The notes beneath the pieces were generated by a model that saw only the letters and a list, made by a program, of their open reading frames with translations, was not told where the DNA came from and did not search any database. Shown here piece by piece: positions 18,341-25,822 of a stretch of DNA of 25,822 nucleotides (position 1 is the first letter of the stretch; each line of letters begins with the position of its first letter). The DNA is taken from the NCBI GenBank assembly GCA_051652765.1, contig JBOFUV010000123.1:1-25822 (forward strand). The letters are read 5' to 3'. The position numbers and the translations under genes are program-made. The stretch comes from Microcoleaceae cyanobacterium. Its GTDB lineage: Bacteria > Cyanobacteriota > Cyanobacteriia > Cyanobacteriales > Microcoleaceae.

Positions 18341-19135
18341 TTAGAAACCGATAGAATACCCTACAGTCAGCTTCACTTGAGTCCGATCATCTGTGGCAAT
18401 GTCTCCCTCCAAGCCAACATCCAAAACACTCTGTTTCCCGATTTGTTGTCGCAGCCCGACTCCGACTAGAAAATTTGCACCGTTATCCGTTTCTTCATTT
18501 AGCCGAACCCCGGCTTCAGCTAAAAAGGTTTGATCAAAGCGATGGGGATAGCCAACAGGAGTGGAGTAACCCAGAATCAAGCCAGGAATGACAGAACGTT
18601 CTGCTTCCTCAGGAGAGGTCTTCACTTCCAAGTCAAGATTAATGTGCAAGCGGTCATATTGTCTCAAGGTTTTGCTCGCAATTCCCCGTAGATGAAAGTC
18701 TACTCCTTGGGCATCATTGCCTGTGGGGAAATCGGCATCAGCCCGAACTGCAAAGGCGGGGGTATTATCGTACTCCCGATTAAAGTTATGAAACACACCG
18801 ACTGAGAGATTGCCAACATCAAAATCGGTATCTTCTGAATCCACCCGACCCCCAACACTCGGATCAATCCCAATCACAAAGTGGGTATTCCGGGCAAAGC
18901 CGTAGAGATACTCCACCTCAAATTCTCCACCCACACTGCGATCGCCTGTGATCAGGGCTGAAGCTCCGACTTCTAGGGACTGTTCCCCCTCAGCAATACT
19001 TTCAGCATCATCGAAGGATAGAGGACGACCAGCATCTAAGTTGTTGTGGTCAACTGCCTTTGCTGGCAGGATTAGGACAACCGATGCAATGCCTCCAACC
19101 ACAGCACCCCAAACCCAAAAACTCATTTGGTTCAT
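18341..19135 (-). CDS. putative outer-membrane beta-barrel protein
   Basis: Signal peptide ending PAKA, alternating amphipathic strands and C-terminal YSIGF. Start moved to ATG 19135 because the longer ORF runs through a repeat. Confidence 0.7.
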   Translation of the reverse strand: MNQMSFWVWGAVVGGIASVVLILPAKAVDHNNLDAGRPLSFDDAESIAEGEQSLEVGASALITGDRSVGGEFEVEYLYGFARNTHFVIGIDPSVGGRVDSEDTDFDVGNLSVGVFHNFNREYDNTPAFAVRADADFPTGNDAQGVDFHLRGIASKTLRQYDRLHINLDLEVKTSPEEAERSVIPGLILGYSTPVGYPHRFDQTFLAEAGVRLNEETDNGANFLVGVGLRQQIGKQSVLDVGLEGDIATDDRTQVKLTVGYSIGF

Positions 19136-19213
19136 GTAAATTTCCCTCTGTTGCTCATTGAATTGACCTGAAATGAATCCAAAATAGACCCAGCGTTGCT
19201 TAGTAGCGGTATA

Positions 19214-19288
19214 GTCGCCCCCCTCGTTCCCCCATTTTGGGGGAACCAGACCATCAAAGTCCCCCAAGATTGGGGGATTTAGGGGGCA
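19214..19288. repeat. cyanobacterial REP-like double hairpin
   Basis: GTTCCCCCA-TTT-TGGGGGAAC and TCCCCCAA-GA-TTGGGGGA-TTTAGGGGGC. Confidence 0.8.
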
Positions 19289-19350
19289 GAGCATTACAGA
19301 CAGATTCATGCCTCAGTTCAGCACGCCATCGACCCTGAACCCAATCAGCA

Positions 19351-20517
19351 TTATTGTTTCTGATGATTCTGATGCTCTGAACCCGATTGACTAGGAGTTG
19401 GGCTAGAGCTTTGACCGTGATTATGTCCTGAACCCTCTGGCATCAAGCCCATTCCTGGTATTCCGTCCATAAAACGGTGATCGTGTAAGCCATCGCCCCC
19501 ATAGTTTTCTCCCGGCTTCATGTCTTTGTGGTTCTCCGCCATGACCAGCCAGATTGCCCGTTGAATTTGTTCATCTTGTTGCTCTGCCGTCATCCAGTCA
19601 GAAGCCAAAATATCGTTGACCATGTCGTGCAGCATGTGCAAGTTGTCGAAGGTGTTAGAAATCTGAGGGAACCGTTGGGCAAAGTCAGGGCTTCCCTCGG
19701 CAAACATGGGCATGAAGGAACGATCAGTGCGGTACAGTTCTACTTCGCGATATTGCTTGCCCGTGGTGACATAGGCAGCGTTCTGTTCATCTAGAGGTTT
19801 CTTATAGAGCAGGTCATACATTGACCCTTGCAACCAGTGATAGCCCCAGAATAATCCGTTTACTTTCGGATATTCCTGACGAAATGCTTTGGAATAAGGC
19901 TGAGAATCGAGATACCCCATATTCATCGGTAGTCCCGTAATTGCATAGGGAACCTTCTCCACATAAAACTGGTAAAGCCGCTCAATTTCTGTATCTTTTT
20001 CAGTATCCGTTAGGTCTGTACTGGCTAACACATCCACAGTTTGAGCATGAAGAATATGTGCCCAATCAAATACCTGTTCCAACACGCCATATTTTCGGCC
20101 AAAGGTAGGAGAAATATTGGCCTCATCTGGCATAAATCGAGGTGGATTTTTGAGTGCCTGATTAATCCGTTCAAAGGTTTTTGTTTCCAACTCATTAGCC
20201 TTGCCTGTGACCAAATCTTCATAAGCAAAGGCATGACCTACAGCAACAGCATTGAGATCTAATGCCAAGGACTTAACATTGTAAACATCATTGTTATATA
20301 CGCCACGCATGGGATAAATATGGTTTTTATCTTTGTTTACCATCCAATTGGGCAAGTTTTCTGGCACGGGTGGTAACGTTTGAGCTGTGGCCAAAGATTC
20401 CCCATGACCCTCGTGATGCTGACCTTGAGCCATAGCAATAAAATGTCCTGAAGCACCTGCTAATGCTGCAATCGCACTCAGGCCAAATATCCATTTTCTA
20501 GACAGCTTGAACTTCAT
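19351..20517 (-). CDS. exported His/Met-rich hypothetical protein, putative metal binding
   Basis: Signal peptide, His-rich termini, and helical His motifs WAHILHAQ, GYHWLQ and DNLHMLHD; AAGGAG Shine-Dalgarno. Confidence 0.8.
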   Translation of the reverse strand: MKFKLSRKWIFGLSAIAALAGASGHFIAMAQGQHHEGHGESLATAQTLPPVPENLPNWMVNKDKNHIYPMRGVYNNDVYNVKSLALDLNAVAVGHAFAYEDLVTGKANELETKTFERINQALKNPPRFMPDEANISPTFGRKYGVLEQVFDWAHILHAQTVDVLASTDLTDTEKDTEIERLYQFYVEKVPYAITGLPMNMGYLDSQPYSKAFRQEYPKVNGLFWGYHWLQGSMYDLLYKKPLDEQNAAYVTTGKQYREVELYRTDRSFMPMFAEGSPDFAQRFPQISNTFDNLHMLHDMVNDILASDWMTAEQQDEQIQRAIWLVMAENHKDMKPGENYGGDGLHDHRFMDGIPGMGLMPEGSGHNHGQSSSPTPSQSGSEHQNHQKQ

Positions 20518-20852
20518 AATTGATCTCCTTAACTTTGAATCACGTAACGCTAATGAAATTAGATCATACCCGCCACTATTAAAGTAGATCTAATTGCTGA
20601 GGCAAGGCTGAGAAATCTCAACCTTTAGAAACGTTTTTTTAGAAATGTTTTAGAATGAGTTTTTCAGAGTCTTTCTAGAAAACACAAAGCCGTTTCTAAA
20701 ACTCGAAAAACCCAAGTAATTTCGAGGAAAAAGCTACAAATTTCAAGTTAGATTAAAGCTTGTTGGAGAAGCTTTTTATGGCGCAATCTAATCAGGTAAC
20801 ATCGTTAAATCTGTTAAATCTTGCGATCGCTCAATCAGCCGACAAAATTCCC

Positions 20853-21167
20853 TTACTTGTTGCAATGCAATGCATGTAAACCATCATGGTTGTGCATTTC
20901 AGGTTGGGTGCCTTGCTGACAGTGAACCTCTACTTCAAAAGATGCGTCCATGATGTGCAACTGATATTGTTTGCCTGCACTGGAATCTATCACTTTTAAT
21001 TCTGGGGAAGGAGTAGCAGCCATTAGAAAAGGTTCGGGAGCGCTCAAATTTGGGTTGGGAGGAGTGAGGGATGCAATAGTTGCAGGAGATCTCACGCCAA
21101 TAATGACAAAAAGCAGAATGGTTCCCATGAAAACCAGGAAAGTTCTGGGGAGCTTTATATTGTTCAT
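20853..21167 (-). CDS. small exported or membrane-anchored protein with a His/Cys-rich C-terminus
   Basis: N-terminal hydrophobic segment; VHCQQGTQPEMHNHDGLHALHCNK; MerR-type promoter upstream. Confidence 0.7.
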   Translation of the reverse strand: MNNIKLPRTFLVFMGTILLFVIIGVRSPATIASLTPPNPNLSAPEPFLMAATPSPELKVIDSSAGKQYQLHIMDASFEVEVHCQQGTQPEMHNHDGLHALHCNK

Positions 21168-21199
21168 AATCTAAATTTTTTGAAGACTAAACTACTTAA

Positions 21200-21231
21200 A
21201 GTTTAAACTCTCCATTCGACTGGAGAGTCAA
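21200..21231 (-). promoter_or_regulatory. MerR-family (ZntR-like) promoter/operator
   Basis: TTGACT, 20-nt spacer, TAAACT, with the dyad ACTCTCCA-N6-TGGAGAGT across the spacer. Confidence 0.88.
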
Positions 21232-21333
21232 GCCCAAATTTTAGATTGCTGCAACAAATACCCAGCGCGTAACTTCCCGCAACTCTTTTATAATGGCTAG
21301 AGAATGTAAAAAAAATCAATAACAGTATTCCCT

Positions 21334-22518
21334 ATGAGCCGTATTGAAACTCGCACCGAACCCATGGTGATCAACATGGGGCCACACCATCCCTCGATGC
21401 ACGGAGTGTTGCGGTTAATCGTGACCCTGGATGGAGAAGACGTTCTGGACTGTGAACCTGTCCTAGGCTATCTTCATCGCGGGATGGAAAAGATCGCTGA
21501 GAGCCGTACCAATGTGATGTACGTTCCCTACGTCAGTCGTTGGGACTATGCGGCTGGAATGTTCAATGAAGCCGTTACTGTCAACGCACCAGAACGACTG
21601 GCCAATGTTGAAGTTCCTAAACGGGCTCAGTACATCCGGGTAATCATGTTGGAGCTTAACCGGATTGCGAACCATCTGCTGTGGCTTGGCCCTTTCTTGG
21701 CAGACACCGGGGCTCAAACGCCGTTTTTCTACACGATGCGCGATCGCGAGTTAATTCTTGATCTCTGGGAAGCTGCCACCGGATACCGGATGGTCAATAA
21801 CAATTATTTTCGCATCGGGGGCGTTGCCGCCGATCTGCCCTATGGTTGGGTCGATAAATGTCAGGACTTTTGCACCTACTTCGAGCCCAAGATTGACGAA
21901 TACGAAAAGCTCATCACCAATAACCCGATCTTCCGCCGCCGCATTGAAGGGTTAGGCATCATCACCCGCGAACAAGCGATTAACTGGGCTTTATCTGGCC
22001 CCATGCTCCGGGCTTCTGGAGTGCAGTGGGATTTACGAAAAGTGGATCACTACGAATGTTACGACGACTTTGACTGGGACGTTCACTGGGAAACGGCGGG
22101 AGATTGTCTGGCTCGTTACCTAGTGCGAATTCGCGAAATGCGGGAATCGGTGAAGATTCTTCGACAAGCCCTGGATCGTATTCCGGGTGGCTCCTACGAA
22201 AACTTGGAGGCCAAGCGGATATCGGGCGGGCCTAAGTCTGAATGGAACAGTTTCGAGTATCAGTTTATTGGCAAAAAAATCGCTCCTACTTTTAAAATTC
22301 CTGCGGGTGAACATTACGTTCGGGTAGAAAGCGGCAAGGGCGAACTGGGAATTTACATCATCGGCGATGACAATGTATTCCCATGGCGGTTCAAAATCCG
22401 GGCAGCCGATTTTAACAATTTGCAGATCTTACCGGAACTGGTCAAAGGCCAAAAAGTGGCTGATGTTGTTGTTATTCTGGGCAGCATTGACATCATTATG
22501 GGTTCAGTAGATCGGTAG
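21334..22518 (+). CDS. ndhH: NAD(P)H-quinone oxidoreductase subunit H
   Basis: [24 protein letters not shown] and the terminal [11 protein letters not shown]. Confidence 0.98.
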   Translation: MSRIETRTEPMVINMGPHHPSMHGVLRLIVTLDGEDVLDCEPVLGYLHRGMEKIAESRTNVMYVPYVSRWDYAAGMFNEAVTVNAPERLANVEVPKRAQYIRVIMLELNRIANHLLWLGPFLADTGAQTPFFYTMRDRELILDLWEAATGYRMVNNNYFRIGGVAADLPYGWVDKCQDFCTYFEPKIDEYEKLITNNPIFRRRIEGLGIITREQAINWALSGPMLRASGVQWDLRKVDHYECYDDFDWDVHWETAGDCLARYLVRIREMRESVKILRQALDRIPGGSYENLEAKRISGGPKSEWNSFEYQFIGKKIAPTFKIPAGEHYVRVESGKGELGIYIIGDDNVFPWRFKIRAADFNNLQILPELVKGQKVADVVVILGSIDIIMGSVDR

Positions 22519-22555
22519 TTTCTGGAACAAACCTAGAAGCCTAAGGCGAAGTCAG

Positions 22556-22623
22556 AAAAGCAGGTGAACATCATATTTCTAACGGTGGTCTTTACTTCAG
22601 TTAGAATATGGTGTTCACTTTTT
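22556..22623 (+). terminator. long hairpin after ndhH
   Basis: GTGAACATCATATTTCTAAC...GTTAGAATATGGTGTTCAC followed by a T run. Confidence 0.6.
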
Positions 22624-22809
22624 GCTGTTCAGTGGCTTTGCGAAAGATTCATATCAACGATTGAACAGCATTTAAAAAGTTTACAGGAAGAAAGTTTATA
22701 GAAAGTTTATAGAACCTTGCGGAATTCCTCAGAAACTCTAGGAAAAAACACTTTATTGCCCGATGAATCAAGGCATCTAATTTTTTAGAGATACATTTGA
22801 AATACATTT

Positions 22810-24255
22810 ATGAGAAAGCAAGCAGTTACTACTATTATTCATTCATTGATCCTAGGATTAACCTTTTGTGGGGGTTGTGCAATATTCTTCAAATCACCCC
22901 AAACTCAACTGGAAACGGCTCAGGCGATCGCGCCCCAAGGAGTGCCGCAGGTTGTGATTCAACCCAATGAAGTCCGCCCCTTGCCAGGAAAACTGAACAG
23001 TATTCCCATGTTTAATAGCAATAGCCCAGAATGGGTGAAGCAAGAAGGAATTCTACTGTCAACATTTCCCCAATCAGGGAAAGCCACACCTGCAGCGCAC
23101 TTAAATTTTCCACTCAAGGGTGAATTTGAACTATTTGCCCATCATTTTGTCCATACGCCGCCCGAGTCAAAAACCTTATACATTGGCATTTTGGTGCAGA
23201 ACCCCGGAACCAAAGCCGTAACCGTGGACGTGTTAGAAGCAGCCAGTTACTTGATGGAGCCCGATGCCCCCTTCAAACAGCAACCCGTCATGTCTGAAAA
23301 TCCCGATGGCAAGATCTATTCTGGCCCTGGAATTCGGGCTGTTGATACCGTCCTGCGGGGACAACGACAGGCAGGGTTTTCAGCTCAATTGACGATTCCT
23401 CCGGGAGAAAGTCGGATGCTGATGAACCATCCAATTCCAGTGACAGGGCTAGAGCGTCCAGTCAATGGGCGTTCAACCTTTATGCGCTTGAAGAGTCGAA
23501 ATTCCTCAAATGCCCCGGCAACGGTTTATGTTGCAAGTTTGGCCATGTATGCCAAGCGAAACCCTCAAAACCAAGAGATTGCTCCAACCTTGACGGATTG
23601 GCAAGGGTTACTCACCCAGGGCAAATTAGCCCTGCCCCGTGACAAAACCCCCACTCCGCCCAATCAAGTTGGAGGAGAACTGATTTACAGTCGGGTTGCA
23701 GGGGTGCAAATTGGTTCTCGGTGGCAATCGGACTTAACGGATACAGGGAAGACGACCTTGACCATTCCCCAGTCTGATGCCGGATTGTCCTATGTGATCG
23801 GCACAGTCCGGGCGGGAACCCTAGGAACTCAGCAAGTTCAGTCAGCGCCTTTGGCTGTGCGTTATCCAGATACGGCCTACGAATCCCATGCCAATTATGG
23901 GGTGCACTATGACTTGACCTTGCCATTGTTGAACCCAACTACTCAACCTCAAACCGTTGCTATCACTATCGAAACTCCAATGAAGGAGGACAAACTCTCC
24001 CAGAATGGGTTGATGTTTCGTCAGCCTCCTTGGGATTTCCCCTACTTTCGGGGCACGGTACGACTGCGATACAAAAATGATTCTGGCCAGGACTTAACCC
24101 GTTATGTTCATCTCTGGCAGCGACGGGGACAATTGGTTGATCCTTTAGCTACAATAAAGCTGCAGCCCCAAGAAACTCGCCGGGTTCGAGTTGATTTCCG
24201 CTACCCACCAGATGTTGTTCCGCCCCAGGTTTTAACCGTTAAAACTCTGCTCTAA
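22810..24255 (+). CDS. DUF3370 family exported protein
   Basis: VRPLPGKLNSIPMFNSNSPE, GILLSTFP, YSRVAGV and YPPD..PPQVLTV; N-terminal signal-like segment. Confidence 0.88.
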   Translation: MRKQAVTTIIHSLILGLTFCGGCAIFFKSPQTQLETAQAIAPQGVPQVVIQPNEVRPLPGKLNSIPMFNSNSPEWVKQEGILLSTFPQSGKATPAAHLNFPLKGEFELFAHHFVHTPPESKTLYIGILVQNPGTKAVTVDVLEAASYLMEPDAPFKQQPVMSENPDGKIYSGPGIRAVDTVLRGQRQAGFSAQLTIPPGESRMLMNHPIPVTGLERPVNGRSTFMRLKSRNSSNAPATVYVASLAMYAKRNPQNQEIAPTLTDWQGLLTQGKLALPRDKTPTPPNQVGGELIYSRVAGVQIGSRWQSDLTDTGKTTLTIPQSDAGLSYVIGTVRAGTLGTQQVQSAPLAVRYPDTAYESHANYGVHYDLTLPLLNPTTQPQTVAITIETPMKEDKLSQNGLMFRQPPWDFPYFRGTVRLRYKNDSGQDLTRYVHLWQRRGQLVDPLATIKLQPQETRRVRVDFRYPPDVVPPQVLTVKTLL

Positions 24256-24412
24256 TCCTTGGCCGCTTTAATTTTAACAGTCACTTTAACAAGATAGGGT
24301 CAGTTGTTTTTATCCTTATTATTACCGGCAAATCCCTGTCTTTAAACCTGACCCAGTTGAGTGAAAGATTTTGTTGACAGGTACGACTAGAAATAGCCTA
24401 GATGGATACTAC

Positions 24413-25135
24413 CTAGGTGTGATGTCCACCATTCACTTGCAAAACTGTGCCAGTGATAAAGGTACTGGCGATTGGGGAAAGCAAAAACGCAACCGCCCAA
24501 GCGACCTCCTCCGGTTTCCCAAAGCGCCGAAACGGAATCTCTGCCGTGATTTTTTCTCTGACTTTATCTGGAATCGCCTCGGTCATCTCCGTCTCGATAA
24601 AGCCGGGTGCGACGACATTTGCCCGCACTCCGTACCTTGCCCCCTCTAGGGCCAATGCCTTGGTCAGTCCAATCACTCCGGCTTTGGACGCGGCATAGTT
24701 CGTCTGACCGATGTTGCCTCGTTCCCCGGAAATTGAGCTGATACAAACAATAGCGCCTTCTCGTTGCTCGTACATCCTAGGGATTGCGGGTTTCAGGGTG
24801 TTGTAAACTCCCTTTAAGTTGGTTTCGATCACTGCGTCCCAGTCGTCAATTGCCAATTTTGGGAAAAAGTTGTCTCGAGTGATCCCAGCATTGGCGACAA
24901 CACCATAAATATTCCCCAATTTCTGCTCCACAGTTTCTACAACCTGGGCCATCGCGTTGGGGTCAGTCACATCCGCTTGCAATGCCAAAGCCCCGTTATG
25001 ACTCTCCGATTGGCTGCGGCAGGTATACGCAACCTGAGTGCCCAATTCTGTCAATAAACTAACGATTGCTGCCCCAATGCCGCGATTGCCACCGGTGATT
25101 AAAACAACTTTGTTTTCCAGGCCCAAGTTTTTCAT
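24413..25135 (-). CDS. phaB: acetoacetyl-CoA reductase (PHB synthesis)
   Basis: SDR motifs TGGNRGIG, NAGITRD and YAASK; 240 aa from ATG 25135; directly after a thiolase. Confidence 0.9.
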   Translation of the reverse strand: MKNLGLENKVVLITGGNRGIGAAIVSLLTELGTQVAYTCRSQSESHNGALALQADVTDPNAMAQVVETVEQKLGNIYGVVANAGITRDNFFPKLAIDDWDAVIETNLKGVYNTLKPAIPRMYEQREGAIVCISSISGERGNIGQTNYAASKAGVIGLTKALALEGARYGVRANVVAPGFIETEMTEAIPDKVREKITAEIPFRRFGKPEEVAWAVAFLLSPIASTFITGTVLQVNGGHHT

Positions 25136-25193
25136 TGTGGAACTCCAAATCTGGATAAGGCTTTTGATATCTGCAAGGTTCTGAATTCTGGGC

Positions 25194-25822
25194 TTAAACC
25201 AGTCGTTCGATTGCGATCGCTGTTCCACCCCCGGTGCCATGACAGACTGCTGCCAGTCCTAGATGTCCATTCTTTTCTTGCAAGGCATTCAGCAATGTTA
25301 CTAGGATTCGGGCTCCAGAGGCTCCGATCGGGTGTCCCAGGGCGATCGCCCCGCCAAAGATGTTCAGCTTGCTATATGGAACGCCTAAAACTCGGTTAAA
25401 CAAGACATTGCTGAGGGCAAACGCCTCATTGTTTTCGAACAGGTCAAAATCGGTAATTTCCATTTTTAGCTTACTCAAAAGCTTTTTCACCGCGTAAATA
25501 GGAACTTCCGGATAGCGCCAGGATTCTCCACCCGCCCATGCTCCCTTGGTAATACGAGCAATCGGCTGTAATCCATGCTCTTCAACCGCTTTTGGACTGG
25601 CCAGCACTAGGGCAGCGGCTCCATCAGAGACTTGGCTACTATTGCCAGCGGTGAACACCCCATCTGGCTTGAACGCGGGTTTAAGACTAGCCAGCTTCTC
25701 GATGGTGGTGTCGGCACGAATGCCCTCGTCTTTTTCGATCAGATGCACTCCTTGCTTGCCGCTGACCTCAATCGGGACGATTTCCTTATGCAACCAGCCC
25801 TGCTGCGTTGCCTCGGTTGCCC
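25194..25822 (-). CDS. phaA: acetyl-CoA acetyltransferase (beta-ketothiolase), 5' part outside the window
   Basis: TAGNSSQVSDGA, NEAF, GGAIALGHPIGASG and CHGTGGG. Confidence 0.92.
   Translation of the reverse strand, partial: ATEATQQGWLHKEIVPIEVSGKQGVHLIEKDEGIRADTTIEKLASLKPAFKPDGVFTAGNSSQVSDGAAALVLASPKAVEEHGLQPIARITKGAWAGGESWRYPEVPIYAVKKLLSKLKMEITDFDLFENNEAFALSNVLFNRVLGVPYSKLNIFGGAIALGHPIGASGARILVTLLNALQEKNGHLGLAAVCHGTGGGTAIAIERLV

Noticed and set aside
19136..19309. N-terminal extension of the barrel ORF
   Set aside because: It reads through a REP-like repeat; the signal peptide begins at 19135.
22675..22715. GAAAGTTTATA tandem (and similar TTTAGAAA runs near 20620-20700)
   Set aside because: Short, AT-rich and degenerate; not distinguishable from low-complexity intergenic sequence.
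25136..25240. N-terminal extension of phaB
   Set aside because: It overlaps phaA; the SDR domain begins at ATG 25135.

Overview
Cyanobacterial chromosomal window, supported by about 20 HIP1 GCGATCGC octamers, ndhH, an hliD-like gene and NtcA boxes. Both flanks are mostly housekeeping: purA, adenosine deaminase, aroA, NUDIX-remA-gmk and a NIL-ferredoxin on the left; ndhH, DUF3370 and phaAB on the right. A nitrogen-control locus holds an NtcA-overlapped promoter, a glutamine riboswitch, gifB/IF17 and a pirA gene missed by the ORF track, followed by a tRNA(CAU). About 14.0-18.3 kb is a decayed accessory region with xisH/xisI, a BrnT/BrnA-type pair, a VOC gene, attC-like sites without an integrase, two duplicated blocks and tandem repeats. 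About 18.3-21.2 kb is a probable metal-responsive envelope cluster with a ZntR-type promoter. The most interesting candidate is a small basic ORF (12414-12647, minus) with a KGKGGS motif and an intrinsic terminator inside its own coding sequence, the architecture of alternative ribosome-rescue factors (ArfA/BrfA, motif also in ArfT). All family calls are from recognition by eye; no searches were run.
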